A DNA stretch of 64,000 bases from an uncultured archaeon (GCA_964584335.1 CAZOZN010000003.1:118929-182928); one strand, 5' to 3'; shown: positions 29,211 through 40,048, numbered from the stretch's first letter. Notes: generated from the sequence alone by a model not told the origin. Made by a program: numbers and translations.

Positions 29211-29810
29211 ATGAGAGTTCTTATTTTTTGTGGCAGTCCCAGAAAAGGCAATTCAGAATCTCTGTCTAAAAATATGAAAGACCTTCTTGATGAAAAAGGA
29301 GTCAAGACTGAGGTTATCATTCTCAGGAAAAAAGATATAAGAAGATGTAATGGTTGTGTAGAGTATTGCAATAAAAATCTTAAATGCTGTCAAGATGATG
29401 ATATGGGTCAAATAATGGAAATGATGAAGAAATCAGACGGCTATGTTTTTGTAGTACCGACTTATTTTTCAATGCCCCCTGGAATTTTCAAGGATTTTAT
29501 AGACAAGTGCAGCATATTATTCACATCCGGCTACGATTTATCATCAAAGAAATCTGTAATAGTTTCTGTTGGTACTGAAATTAATAATGTAGACGAGAAT
29601 ATAAGAAATATTTCTGAAAATTTCTGCAAAGCTCTTGGAATAAATGTCATAGCCAAAAAAGGATTCATTTCTAAAAGTGAATTGAATGATAATTATGATG
29701 ATATTTTTGAAAACGGAATAAATCCGGGAATAGAAGATGAGCTAGAGAAGTTATCTTCTAAAATATACAGAAGCCTAAAATATGAAAGCGGTGAACTTAT
29801 AACATGTTAG
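29211..29810 (+). CDS. iron-sulfur flavoprotein / flavodoxin family
   Basis: GSPRKGNS, CNGCVEYC...C, PTYF. Confidence 0.82.
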   Translation: MRVLIFCGSPRKGNSESLSKNMKDLLDEKGVKTEVIILRKKDIRRCNGCVEYCNKNLKCCQDDDMGQIMEMMKKSDGYVFVVPTYFSMPPGIFKDFIDKCSILFTSGYDLSSKKSVIVSVGTEINNVDENIRNISENFCKALGINVIAKKGFISKSELNDNYDDIFENGINPGIEDELEKLSSKIYRSLKYESGELITC

Positions 29811-30208
29811 ACAAGGGAATGATATTTTACATTGGATGTGCGCTGATACCTACACCGCCCTCCCCCTGTTATGATTTTGGATTACAGTTTGTCTTTGTTA
29901 TAGTAGTTGCATTAATATCTCCGAAGTTTGTTATAAAACCAATAAACATATTTTTGGTTTACCTTGGCAGGTTATGTAAAAAGATATTCGGCAGGATACC
30001 TGTAATAAAGATAGTAGTGGAAAAAACAGAACAGGGTATAAGGCTCTGGGAAAGATTGATGAAAAAGGGCACAAAACCCAAAAACAAACACCTGAGAAAA
30101 TTGTTTAATCTAATAATTAAAAAGGATTTTATACAAAGACTTATAGCGGGTTATTTCATAACCATAGGTTTGGGAATACTTTTGATGTCTATAAGTTTTA
30201 TTATGTGA
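29804..30208 (+). CDS. hypothetical membrane protein
   Basis: 2 hydrophobic segments. Confidence 0.5.
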   Translation: MLDKGMIFYIGCALIPTPPSPCYDFGLQFVFVIVVALISPKFVIKPINIFLVYLGRLCKKIFGRIPVIKIVVEKTEQGIRLWERLMKKGTKPKNKHLRKLFNLIIKKDFIQRLIAGYFITIGLGILLMSISFIM

Positions 30209-30212
30209 TTTT

Positions 30213-30782
30213 ATGATAGAAAAAGAGCATGGAAATTTTCTGCTTGAATTTGCAAGAGATACAATTGAAAATTTTGTAAAAGGAAACGAAACCATATTGC
30301 CCGATAAATACCCAAAAGAGTTAGACCAGCTTAGGGGTGTTTTTGTTACTCTTGAAAAGTACCCATCAGGAGAGCTTCGGGGTTGTATAGGAATACCATA
30401 TCCAGAAAAACCATTAATAGATGCAGTGAGAGACGCTGCTTGTTCTGCTGCGAAGGACCCAAGATTCTCTCCTTTAAAAAAAGAAGAACTAGACAAGATT
30501 ACCATAGAAGTTTCTATTCTTACTGAGCCAGAAAAAATTGATTTTTCTTCTCCGAGAGATTTGTTAGAGAAAATAAAACCCAATGTAGACGGAATGATAA
30601 TAGAAAAAGGATGGAACAGCGGGCTTTTTCTTCCACAAGTTTGGGAAAAAATACCTGATAAGAAACAGTTTATGGAAAATTTAAGTTACAAGGCATATTT
30701 ACCTCCTGATGCCTGGAAAGATTCCAGTATTTACAGATTTAGGGTGAAATCTTTCAAGGAAAAAGAACCAGGTAAAAATTAA
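30213..30782 (+). CDS. AMMECR1-domain protein
   Basis: GVFVTL, LRGCIG, DPRF, LFLPQV. Confidence 0.92.
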   Translation: MIEKEHGNFLLEFARDTIENFVKGNETILPDKYPKELDQLRGVFVTLEKYPSGELRGCIGIPYPEKPLIDAVRDAACSAAKDPRFSPLKKEELDKITIEVSILTEPEKIDFSSPRDLLEKIKPNVDGMIIEKGWNSGLFLPQVWEKIPDKKQFMENLSYKAYLPPDAWKDSSIYRFRVKSFKEKEPGKN

Positions 30783-30805
30783 TATAGACATATAGAAAAA
30801 ATATT

Positions 30806-33307
30806 ATGGACCAAGGTATAACAAAAAAAGAGGCAAGTGAAAGACTTTCAAAGTACGGAAAAAATGAAATAAGAAGAAAAAAGAAGATAAGCCCTCTAAA
30901 AATGTTGGTTGCTCAGTTTTCATCACCTTTAATTTTGATTCTTATTGCTGCTGTATTTATTTCTTTTGGGATGGGGTTTCTTCCTGGTGCAGAATCAAAT
31001 TCAATTGATGCTTTTTTGATATTAATAATTGTATTTTTTTCAGCTTTTTCCGGTTTCTTTCAGGAGTATAAAGCGGAGAAGACTATAGAAGCACTTCAAA
31101 AAATGTCTACCCCAAAAGCAAAGGTTTTGCGGGATGGCAGAGAGGAGATTATACCTGCAAATGAAATTGTACCGGGTGACTTGGTCCTTTTGGAGGCCGG
31201 TGATGTTGTGCCTGCGGATGCTGAGTTACTTGTTTCCAACAACCTAAAGACAGACGAGTCAATAATAACGGGAGAATCTGTGGATGTAGTCAAGGAAGTT
31301 TCAGATAAAATATTTATGAATACTTTTGTGACTACTGGAAACGGAAGTGCGAGAGTTATCGATACTGGAATGGAAACCAGGATAGGTAAAATAGCAGATA
31401 AGCTACAAGGCATGGAAGAGAAAAAGACTTCTTTTCAAAAGGAGCTTTCTGTGCTAAGCAAGAAGATATTTTGGATGGTTATAGCGCTTATAGTTGTTAT
31501 AGCATCCTTAAGCTTTTTCAAGTACGGGGCTTACCTCGCTATGCTGACTTCGATTTCTTTGGCAGTTGCTGCAATACCCGAAGGTCTTCCTGCTGTTGTA
31601 ACTCTTTCTCTTGCTTTGGGAGCAAAAAATATGAGCAAAAAGAATGCTCTACTTAGAAAACTTTCTACTGTGGAGTCGGCAGGGGCTGTAAATATAATAT
31701 GCACTGACAAGACAGGCACGCTTACCATGGATGATATGAAAGTGAGGAAGCTTTTCTTTAATGGTAAAGTATTTGACCAAAAAGAAGCAAATAAAGCCGA
31801 GTTGCTTTTGAAGTGCGGCATATTTTGTAATAATTCCAAGATAGCATACGATGAAGATGGTGAAAGGAAGTACGTGGGCGACCAGACTGAAATAGCTTTA
31901 AGAAAAATAGCAGAGGATAACGGAATTTCAATCAATAATGTCGAAATGGAGGAGGAGAGGACCGAGGAGATTCCATTTACCTCTGAAAGAAAAATGATGA
32001 CTGTAAAGATGAAGGACGGTTTAATATTTTCTAAGGGGGCTCCTGAGGTTGTTGTCAAAAAATGCAATAGAATTTATGTTGAAGGGGAAGAAAAAAAGAT
32101 TGATGATGAATATATTAGAAAAATAAACGAACAGAATGAAGAGTTTGCTTCAAATGGTCTCAGGGTATTGGGTTTTGCATACAAGAAAAATGAAGGAAAG
32201 GGTTTGGAGGAAGAATTGATTTGGCTTGGGCTTCAGGCTATGAGCGATCCTCCAAGACCGGAAGTCAAGGATGCTATAAAAGACTGCAATAGTGCTGGTA
32301 TAAGAGTTATAATGATAACCGGAGACAATTCTTTGACTGCAAAATCTGTTGCTGACGAAATAGGACTCAAAAGCACTGGATGTCTCGAGGGAAATGAGCT
32401 GGATGAGCTGGATAATGATGAAATAAAGACCAGACTTGATGAGGGGCTCAACATATTTGCAAGAACTTCACCAGAGCATAAACTAAGAATAATGGAGATA
32501 CTTGAAGAAGATAATGAAATAGCAATGACTGGTGACGGGGTAAATGATTCTCTTGCTTTGAAGAAGGCAGGTGTCGGAATATCCATGGGCATAAAGGGGA
32601 CAGAAGTAGCAAAGGAGGCAAGTGATATAATACTTCTTGATGATAATTTTGCTACTATAAGAAATGCAGTGAAGGAGGGAAGGAGGATTTTCTTGAATAT
32701 AAGAAAGTTTGTTAACTACCTCTTTACCTGTAACATAGCAGAGGTTCTTGTAATTTTCATTGCGACCCTTTTCTTGTCTTTTGAGGAGCCGATACTTCTT
32801 CCTGTTCAGATATTATGGATAAATCTTCTTACAGACGGAATGCCCGCCCTTGCTCTTGGTGTTGATCCTCCAGTTCCGGGAATAATGGAAAAGAAGCCGA
32901 GGGGTAAAGAAGAGCCAATAATAGATAAAAAATTAATGTTAATAATACTTTCAATGGGTATACAGATAACCTTAATGTTGTTTGCGGTTTTCTTTTTTAC
33001 TCTTAATCGGGGAGTTGAAGTTGCGAGAACTGTATTATTTACCGGATTTATAATATATGAGTTTGTAAGAGTGGTTGTGATAAGGTATCAGGAGAAGCTG
33101 AGTTTGTTTTCAAACAAGTGGTTATTATTGGCTCTTGCCATTTCTTTAGCTATGCATATTTCAATAATATATTCTCCGCTAAATAGCGTTTTTGGTATAG
33201 TACCTATTGGATTATTTTCATGGGGTGTACTTATGGGTGTTGCCTTTTTCGGTGCAATTTTTGGAATATTGAGCACTAAAATGATAATGAAGTTTTTTGA
33301 TAATTAG
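30806..33307 (+). CDS. P-type cation (Ca2+-like) ATPase
   Basis: TGES, IPEGL, DKTGT, KGAPE, TGDGVND. Confidence 0.95.
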   Translation: MDQGITKKEASERLSKYGKNEIRRKKKISPLKMLVAQFSSPLILILIAAVFISFGMGFLPGAESNSIDAFLILIIVFFSAFSGFFQEYKAEKTIEALQKMSTPKAKVLRDGREEIIPANEIVPGDLVLLEAGDVVPADAELLVSNNLKTDESIITGESVDVVKEVSDKIFMNTFVTTGNGSARVIDTGMETRIGKIADKLQGMEEKKTSFQKELSVLSKKIFWMVIALIVVIASLSFFKYGAYLAMLTSISLAVAAIPEGLPAVVTLSLALGAKNMSKKNALLRKLSTVESAGAVNIICTDKTGTLTMDDMKVRKLFFNGKVFDQKEANKAELLLKCGIFCNNSKIAYDEDGERKYVGDQTEIALRKIAEDNGISINNVEMEEERTEEIPFTSERKMMTVKMKDGLIFSKGAPEVVVKKCNRIYVEGEEKKIDDEYIRKINEQNEEFASNGLRVLGFAYKKNEGKGLEEELIWLGLQAMSDPPRPEVKDAIKDCNSAGIRVIMITGDNSLTAKSVADEIGLKSTGCLEGNELDELDNDEIKTRLDEGLNIFARTSPEHKLRIMEILEEDNEIAMTGDGVNDSLALKKAGVGISMGIKGTEVAKEASDIILLDDNFATIRNAVKEGRRIFLNIRKFVNYLFTCNIAEVLVIFIATLFLSFEEPILLPVQILWINLLTDGMPALALGVDPPVPGIMEKKPRGKEEPIIDKKLMLIILSMGIQITLMLFAVFFFTLNRGVEVARTVLFTGFIIYEFVRVVVIRYQEKLSLFSNKWLLLALAISLAMHISIIYSPLNSVFGIVPIGLFSWGVLMGVAFFGAIFGILSTKMIMKFFDN

Positions 33308-33308
33308 C

Positions 33309-34910
33309 TTATTTTTTAAGGCATGACTTTACAAAACCAAGGAACATCGGATTTGGATTTAAAAGACTTGTTGTAAATTCAGGGTGTGCCTGTGTTGCTG
33401 CAAAAAACTTATGATTTGGAAGCTCGAGGAATTCCATGAGTCTCCTATCAGGGGAAACTCCCGAGAAAATGAGACCTTTTTTTTCTAAAGTTTCAATATA
33501 ATTTGGATTTACTTCGTATCTATGCCTGTGTCTTTCGCTTATCCTTTCTTTTCCATACAATTTTCTTATCATACTACCTTCTTTTAATACCGCAGGATAT
33601 GCACCAAGCCTCATTGTTGCTCCTTTGTTGTTTATTTCTTTCTGTTCAGGCATTATGTCTATTACTGGATGGGGTGTTTTTTCGTCTGCTTCCACACTGT
33701 TGGCTTCTTTAAGACCGCAAACGTTCCTTGCGTATTCTATTACTGCCATTTGAAGACCAAGACAAAGCCCCAGGAAAGGTATGTTATTTTCTCTGGCGTA
33801 TTTTATGCATTCTATCTTACCTTCAGTTCCCCTGCTACCAAAACCACCTGGCACTATTATGCCGTCTGCACCGTCCAAAGCATCCTCTACTTTTAGCTTC
33901 CCTTCTTCTATTTCTGTTGTTTCAATCCACTTTATTTCAGTTTCATATCCAATATTTCCTGCAGCGTGTTTTAGAGCTTCCCTTATAGATACATAAGAAT
34001 CATGAAGATACATGTACTTTCCGGTCATTGCTATTTTTATTTTTCCTTTCGGATTGTTCATCTTCATTATAATTTCTTTCCATTTTTTCATGTCTTTTGC
34101 TCTTTCTTTAAGACCCAATTCTCTAAGTACTTTCTTCTGTACTTCCTGTTTTTCTAAAACCAAAGGTATTTCATATATATTTTTTAAGTCAGGTCCTGAT
34201 ATTATCCTGTCTTTTTCTACGCCGCAGAATTTTGAAAGTTTGTCTTTTATGTTTTTAAGCAGCGGTTTTTCAGACCTACAATAAATAAAATCCGGAACTA
34301 TTCCGGTTTCTCTCAACATCCTTACAGACTGCTGGGTTGGTTTTGTCTTCTGCTCACCGACCACGTTAAGCACGGGAACTAGAGTGCAGTGTATGAATAA
34401 TACGTCTTCTTCAAGTGAAAGTTCTCTTACTGATTCAAGGAATATTTGATTTTCTATATCACCTACAGTACCACCTATCTCTATTAATTCTATATCTGCA
34501 CCTGAATCTTTTGCGACTTTTTTGTACCAACTTTTTAGCTCCGAAGTTACATGGGGTACTAATTGCACAGTTTTACCCAGAAAATCTCCTCTCCTCTCTT
34601 TGTCTATAACTTCCTTGAAAATTTTGCCTGTTGTTATGTTAAAATTTTTGTTCATCTTCAGATCCAAGAAACGCTCATAGTTACCCAAGTCCATATCCAC
34701 TTCCGAGCCGTCGTCCATAACAAAGACTTCACCATGTTCAATTGGGTTCATTGTACCGGCATCTATATTTACGTAGGGGTCTACTTTTATCGGAGCGACT
34801 TTGTAGCCCTTGGACTGCAAAAGCTTACCTAGAGAAGACATGAAAAGCCCTTTACCTAGACCGGATAGAACACCCCCGGTTACTACAATGAACTTTACCC
34901 CACACGTCAT
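33309..34910 (-). CDS. pyrG: CTP synthase
   Basis: [31 protein letters not shown]. Confidence 0.97.
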   Translation of the reverse strand: MTCGVKFIVVTGGVLSGLGKGLFMSSLGKLLQSKGYKVAPIKVDPYVNIDAGTMNPIEHGEVFVMDDGSEVDMDLGNYERFLDLKMNKNFNITTGKIFKEVIDKERRGDFLGKTVQLVPHVTSELKSWYKKVAKDSGADIELIEIGGTVGDIENQIFLESVRELSLEEDVLFIHCTLVPVLNVVGEQKTKPTQQSVRMLRETGIVPDFIYCRSEKPLLKNIKDKLSKFCGVEKDRIISGPDLKNIYEIPLVLEKQEVQKKVLRELGLKERAKDMKKWKEIIMKMNNPKGKIKIAMTGKYMYLHDSYVSIREALKHAAGNIGYETEIKWIETTEIEEGKLKVEDALDGADGIIVPGGFGSRGTEGKIECIKYARENNIPFLGLCLGLQMAVIEYARNVCGLKEANSVEADEKTPHPVIDIMPEQKEINNKGATMRLGAYPAVLKEGSMIRKLYGKERISERHRHRYEVNPNYIETLEKKGLIFSGVSPDRRLMEFLELPNHKFFAATQAHPEFTTSLLNPNPMFLGFVKSCLKK

Positions 34911-34977
34911 AATAATTCATGATAGTATACATATAAAAAATTTATTATATTACAGAGAATATTTTAATATAATTTTA

Positions 34978-35682
34978 TTATTTTTTAGCGTATATCTGAA
35001 TAGGTCTTTTATATTTTGCTGTTTTATGTTTTTCAAAACCAAGTCTTTCTATATCTTTCATCCATTCTGAATATTCTGCAAATTCATGATCTTTCCCCCA
35101 GAAAACACTTTCACATATCAAGAAGCTTTTTTCTTTCATGCTCTCGTTTATATTTGAAAGTATTTTTTCTCTATCATTTTCCGAGTAATCCATTAAGACA
35201 TATTGAAGAAAAATTGCATCGTATTTTTCAGGCAGAGGCGAATAAAGAATATCATGAACTTTGAAGTTTATTTTCTCTTTAACTTCTTTTGATAGTTTTA
35301 TGTTTTTATAAGATTCGTGTCTGCCATCACTTACTTCATAAAGGTGTGATGGTATGTTTTTAAAATTACCAAACTCGTTATATCTTTCAATTAAATTAAG
35401 GTTAAATATTTCATATTCGCCTGAAATACCTTGTTTTATTTTATTTTCATTTATATCATAGGCATCTATTTCCAGCGAATTTCTATTTTCCCAGTTTGAT
35501 AGTATTATTGTGTAAGGTTCTTTTCCGGATGAACATCCCGCTGAAGCTACTTTTGTTTTTTGATTTCTTTTTTTAACTATATTTTCTCTGAAGAAGTCAA
35601 GTGATTCGGGTTCTCTGAAAAAAAAAGTCAAACTGTTATTTTTATTTCTTTTAAAAAATTCTTTTACTTCTTTATTTCTCAT
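34978..35682 (-). CDS. CheR-like methyltransferase (catalytic domain)
   Basis: TFFFRE, SAGCSSGKEPYT, DIN, HDIL. Confidence 0.75.
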   Translation of the reverse strand: MRNKEVKEFFKRNKNNSLTFFFREPESLDFFRENIVKKRNQKTKVASAGCSSGKEPYTIILSNWENRNSLEIDAYDINENKIKQGISGEYEIFNLNLIERYNEFGNFKNIPSHLYEVSDGRHESYKNIKLSKEVKEKINFKVHDILYSPLPEKYDAIFLQYVLMDYSENDREKILSNINESMKEKSFLICESVFWGKDHEFAEYSEWMKDIERLGFEKHKTAKYKRPIQIYAKK

Positions 35683-35728
35683 AAGAACACTTCCTTTAGT
35701 AAGAATAGAAAATTTAAAAGAATTTAAA

Positions 35729-35777
35729 TGGTAGTGTCCCTCAGCTCACCTCCTAACAAGGAACATTCATCGGGACA
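35729..35777 (-). ncRNA. C/D-box-like small RNA antisense to the 16S rRNA 3' region
   Basis: TGTCCC-GATGA-ATGTTCCTTGTTAGGAGGTGAG-CTGA-GGGACA; TATA-like TTTATATT ~25 nt upstream. Confidence 0.6.
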
Positions 35778-35808
35778 AATATTTATGGTATAAAAATAAA
35801 TATAAATC

Positions 35809-36270
35809 ATGGACATTACTGGCTTTATAACTGGTTTTGCTACCAAAGTTTTTGGTGAAATAAATCTACCGTCTGTATTGGATAGGGTAGTTGAATTTTT
35901 TGAGACGAACAGTATAATAACCTTTGTAATTTTTGCAGTTTCAATTTTCATTCTATACAAACTGGTGAGGATGGCTTTTACCATATTCCTTGTTGTTATA
36001 GCCGGTCTTATATTTCCTTTTGCAATGAATCTTGTGCTTGGATGGACCATACCGATTACTGTCAGTACTCTTATATTTTATGCAACACTTGCTGCAGTTT
36101 TTTATTTGGCCGCAGTTTTCATTAAAGGACTATTGAAGTTCTTGTATGTTGTTACCGGTCCATTGAGAAAATCCGCAGAGAGAAAAGAGCTAGAAGAAGA
36201 TATAAAAGAGGACTTGGAAGAGGAAAGAAGGAAGAGAATGAAAAAATACATGAAACGCAAAAAGAAGTAG
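35809..36270 (+). CDS. hypothetical membrane protein
   Basis: 3 TM plus charged C-terminal tail. Confidence 0.65.
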   Translation: MDITGFITGFATKVFGEINLPSVLDRVVEFFETNSIITFVIFAVSIFILYKLVRMAFTIFLVVIAGLIFPFAMNLVLGWTIPITVSTLIFYATLAAVFYLAAVFIKGLLKFLYVVTGPLRKSAERKELEEDIKEDLEEERRKRMKKYMKRKKK

Positions 36271-36960
36271 TTAGCTTATTGTTGCAGTGTAGTCGTTTCC
36301 TGAAACAGAAACTTTTCTTACCATACCATTTATTTTAAATATATTTTCTGTAATATTTAGGCCCCCCGAAAAACCTTCAATTATTAAAGGCTCGTTAGCC
36401 AGTCTGATTTTTAATTTGTTTTGTAATTCAATATTACCTAATGCATTATTCAATTCTATTTTATTCATATCCAATTTGTTGATGTAAATATTTTGAAAGT
36501 TAATAGACTCAAAATTAACCGGTATTAACCTTTTTATAGTCTCAAACTTTACTCCGTTTACTGTGGTTTCTTCCGCATCACCTATTATTTTTGCCATACT
36601 GTTGTTTATTTTAAAGAGACCGTTGTATCCCTTTATCAATATTTCGGTTTTTTCTTCAGTACTTAGCTTTGTATCTGAAAGCATTATATCGTTGTATTGT
36701 TTATTGGGCTCGTAAGTTATTTTTATTTCTTCTAGAGGCAGTGATTTCAAATCAAGTTCTTTAACTTCAAATTCACCGTTTATTTTTATATTTTTTTCTT
36801 CGGGCACGTTCATCATTTTAAAAGGAAAAGACTTTCCGATATTTTCAATAATATCTTCTCCAAAGTTGCCCAAACTGAATCCCATCTCTGTGAAGAGACC
36901 CAAACTTATAAGAAAAAGACCCAATAGTACAACTAATATTATTTTCCAGTCGGCTGCCAT
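36271..36960 (-). CDS. hypothetical membrane-anchored protein
   Basis: N-terminal TM, beta-rich remainder. Confidence 0.6.
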   Translation of the reverse strand: MAADWKIILVVLLGLFLISLGLFTEMGFSLGNFGEDIIENIGKSFPFKMMNVPEEKNIKINGEFEVKELDLKSLPLEEIKITYEPNKQYNDIMLSDTKLSTEEKTEILIKGYNGLFKINNSMAKIIGDAEETTVNGVKFETIKRLIPVNFESINFQNIYINKLDMNKIELNNALGNIELQNKLKIRLANEPLIIEGFSGGLNITENIFKINGMVRKVSVSGNDYTATIS

Positions 36961-36993
36961 ATTTTAATTATATATTTGTTTTATATAAATTAT

Positions 36994-37665
36994 ATGCCAG
37001 TTGATTTAGTCCTTCTTCAACCGGAGTCACCGGGCAATGTAGGTTCTGTAGCCAGAGTTATGAAAAATTTTTCATTTGAAAATCTTGTTTTGGTAAATCC
37101 CTGTGAAATAAACGAAGAGACAAAAGGTTTTGCCATGCATGCCTGGGATATAGTTAAAAACGCCAAGATATTGAAAGAAATGGATTGGGATTCCTATGAC
37201 TTTATAGCAGGCACTACAGGAATAGATACGAAGAAAAATATTATAAAGAGCTACGTTTCTCCCAGGGAGCTTTCCGATAAGATGGGTAATGGAAGGAATG
37301 CAGTAATTTTTGGTAGAGAGGGCACGGGACTTAGTAACGAGGAACTTGAAAGGTGCGATTGTATTTGCAGAATACCAACTTCTGATAAATACCCAATAAT
37401 GAATATTTCACATTCAGTCTCTGTAATTTTATACGAGTTGAGTATTTTTTCGACAGAATACAAAAAAGATAGTGCTGTTAGGGGACAGATTGATGTTTTA
37501 CAAAATCTATTTAAATCAGTAATAAAAAACTTAAACTACTCTCAACAAAAAGAAAAAATTACTTATGTTTGTATGAAGAATGCAATTGGAAGGAGTATTT
37601 TATCAAAAAAAGAGGCAAGTATTTTAATTGGAATGTTTAAAAAGATAAAGGAGTGTATAAAATGA
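36994..37665 (+). CDS. trmJ: tRNA 2'-O-methyltransferase TrmJ (SPOUT)
   Basis: PGNVGSVARVMKNF, FGREGTGLSNEEL, MNISHS. Confidence 0.88.
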   Translation: MPVDLVLLQPESPGNVGSVARVMKNFSFENLVLVNPCEINEETKGFAMHAWDIVKNAKILKEMDWDSYDFIAGTTGIDTKKNIIKSYVSPRELSDKMGNGRNAVIFGREGTGLSNEELERCDCICRIPTSDKYPIMNISHSVSVILYELSIFSTEYKKDSAVRGQIDVLQNLFKSVIKNLNYSQQKEKITYVCMKNAIGRSILSKKEASILIGMFKKIKECIK

Positions 37666-38888
37666 TTTTACAATTTTTTGGTGGTGGAGGAGACTGGCTG
37701 AGTCAGATTTTATGGTTTTTTATGTTTTTTATTTTCATTCTCATTTATCCGAGGATGATGATATATCAGGTAGTCACTAAGATAGAGAAGAACTTGAACG
37801 AACTTGAAAAGGTGGCTGACAAGGGAAAAAACAAAATACTGAAAAAAATATCTAAGAGACCGAACAAAGAACTAAAGGATAAATTAACTAATTTTATGGA
37901 GTTCTTTGTTGCTGTACCTGTATCAATGGACCCTTATGGTATAGTAAACAAGGTCCATAAGGTAATAAAACATGCCGAGGAGAGAGAGCTTGGTTTTGTA
38001 AAGGAAATAGCTCCTAATCTTTCTAAAGAAGAAAGAAAAGACATATCTGCAGCAATACAACACAATGCAGGTCTTTATCAGATAGTAAAGATAATAAGGC
38101 ATTACTTGGAGATTATAAAGAAATATAAGATACTCCAGATAGCTATGATAATACAGATGCAGCTGCCTCTTATTAAAAAGATAGCAGATGCACTTAAGAA
38201 ATCTGTGGATGCTTTTGTTGAAAATGCACCTATAGGCGACGGGATAGGGCCGATGGTAATAGCTTCAATGATTCCAGGTAACAAAAAGGTGACCGAGATG
38301 GAAGAAGAACAGTTTGCATACGCAAAATTGAAGGTAGAGGGTAAGACGGTCATCCTTTCTAAAGCACTTGGTCCTGGAACTACTATAGGATATCCTGGAA
38401 AGTTTGTTGAAAAAATATGCAGGAAGCAAAAGATAGACAGGATAATAACTGTTGATGCCGCCGGGGCACTTGAAGGTGAGAAAGACGGGCTTGTAATGGA
38501 AGGTGTTGGAGTAGGTAAGAGAGGCAATGAAGTAATAGCTTATCATGGCTTCCAGATTGAAGAAGTCGCATTAAAGAAAAACATAACTCTTGATTCTATA
38601 GGAATAAAAGAGGTAGGTGAAAATGCTATTTATCCCATGAAAGAGGATATCTACAAATCTTTGCCTAGTGTTGTTGAAAAATTAAAGGAATTAATAAAAA
38701 GAGGGCCAAAGAAAGAAAAGATTCTTGTAGTAGGATTTGGAAACACTTCAGGCATAGGCAACAATAATAAGAATTTAAAAGAAACAGAGAAAAAAGTAAA
38801 AAGCAATATAAAAAAGATGAAGAAAGAAGAGGAAGAAAGAAAGAAAAAGGAAAACACTTTCTGGAACCGCTTCTTGAACCCTTTCTAA
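37662..38888 (+). CDS. DUF1512-family membrane-anchored protein
   Basis: PVSMDPYGI, PIGDGIGP, ITVDAA, GFGNTSGI. Confidence 0.75.
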   Translation: MILQFFGGGGDWLSQILWFFMFFIFILIYPRMMIYQVVTKIEKNLNELEKVADKGKNKILKKISKRPNKELKDKLTNFMEFFVAVPVSMDPYGIVNKVHKVIKHAEERELGFVKEIAPNLSKEERKDISAAIQHNAGLYQIVKIIRHYLEIIKKYKILQIAMIIQMQLPLIKKIADALKKSVDAFVENAPIGDGIGPMVIASMIPGNKKVTEMEEEQFAYAKLKVEGKTVILSKALGPGTTIGYPGKFVEKICRKQKIDRIITVDAAGALEGEKDGLVMEGVGVGKRGNEVIAYHGFQIEEVALKKNITLDSIGIKEVGENAIYPMKEDIYKSLPSVVEKLKELIKRGPKKEKILVVGFGNTSGIGNNNKNLKETEKKVKSNIKKMKKEEEERKKKENTFWNRFLNPF

Positions 38889-38891
38889 TTT

Positions 38892-39392
38892 TTATTGGTT
38901 TTCGTATTTTTCTATTTCATTATTAATTATATCCAGCTTTATTCCCGCCTGCTTAAAAACTTCTTTAGTATTCTGTGAGGCGTGGTAGTCTTTTTCGCAC
39001 ACAACTCTTATTATACCCGCATTTATTATCATCTTTGCGCAAGTATAACAGGGAGTCATTTTACAATATAAAGTCGAGCCGTCTATCGTTATTCCGAATC
39101 TTGCTGCTTGTGCTATTGCATTCTGTTCCGCATGTGTAGTTCTCATACAATGCTTACTCACTCTTCCGTCTTCGTGAGTCAATACTTTCATTTGATGGCC
39201 CACCTCGTCACAATGAGGAAGACCCACCGGGGAACCTACGTAACCCGTGCTTAATAGCCTTTTGTTTTTTACAATAACCGCACCGCACCTTCCTCTGTCG
39301 CAAGTTCCTCTCTGGCCCACTATTTTTGCAATATTCATGAAGTATTTATCCCAGGAAGGTCTTTCGTAATTAGATTTCATTACACCACCCAT
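38892..39392 (-). CDS. dCMP deaminase/ComEB-like zinc deaminase
   Basis: RPSWDKYF, HAEQNA, PCYTC. Confidence 0.88.
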   Translation of the reverse strand: MGGVMKSNYERPSWDKYFMNIAKIVGQRGTCDRGRCGAVIVKNKRLLSTGYVGSPVGLPHCDEVGHQMKVLTHEDGRVSKHCMRTTHAEQNAIAQAARFGITIDGSTLYCKMTPCYTCAKMIINAGIIRVVCEKDYHASQNTKEVFKQAGIKLDIINNEIEKYENQ

Positions 39393-39501
39393 AAAGATAG
39401 TTAAATTAAAAATAAATAATTTTAGAGATGAAAAATAGATTAAACATTTAAATATGTCTCTATAGAGATAATTAAGGTGTTGATATAAAGGTGAATAAAA
39501 A

Positions 39502-40014
39502 ATGGCTACATTAAGACCCGGAAGATGCTACAGGAAACCAAAAAGACCCTACACAAGAGTTTCGAGAAGAAGACCCAGAAAGTCTTATATAAAGGGTGTA
39601 CCAGGTTCAAAGATAGTAAAATATGAAACAGGCAACCCAAAGGGAGATTTTTCCTTGACTCTTAATCTTGTTTCAAAGGAAAGGGTTCAGATAAGGCATA
39701 ATGCTTTAGAGTCGGCGAGAGTGAATACAAACAAGTATCTCGGTGACAATCTCGGTAAAGACGGTTATTTTCTAAAGGTTCTTGTTCATCCGCATCAGGT
39801 TATGAGAGAGAACTCAATCGCAACAGGAGCAGGAGCAGACAGGCTTCAGGAAGGTATGAGAAGGTCTTTCGGAAAGCCTATAGGCTTTGCTGCAGTTGTC
39901 GATAAGAACCAGAGGTTACTTTTGCTTAAGGTTCCAAAGGAAAAGGAAAAGGTAGCAAAAGAGGCATTGAAGAGAGCATCCTATAAGTTACCTTGTTCTT
40001 GTCAGATTATCTGA
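39502..40014 (+). CDS. rpl10e: 50S ribosomal protein L10e (uL16)
   Basis: RPGRCYR, QIRHNALESAR, GAGADR..GMRRSFGKP. Confidence 0.96.
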   Translation: MATLRPGRCYRKPKRPYTRVSRRRPRKSYIKGVPGSKIVKYETGNPKGDFSLTLNLVSKERVQIRHNALESARVNTNKYLGDNLGKDGYFLKVLVHPHQVMRENSIATGAGADRLQEGMRRSFGKPIGFAAVVDKNQRLLLLKVPKEKEKVAKEALKRASYKLPCSCQII

Positions 40015-40048
40015 AACTATTTTTATAAATAGAAAACAATTTTTTAGT

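Noticed and set aside
25166-29810. Integrated mobile element at tRNA-Met
   Set aside because: No integrase, transposase or duplicated tRNA 3' end found
31096-32592. Antisense ORFs within the P-type ATPase, and similar ones throughout the window
   Set aside because: Ser/Phe/Ile-rich shadow frames of real genes
35745-35761. 16S rRNA gene fragment, or the SD of the cheR-like gene
   Set aside because: Blocks are permuted with no helix 45 between them, and the SD-like sequence is ~60 nt from the ATG
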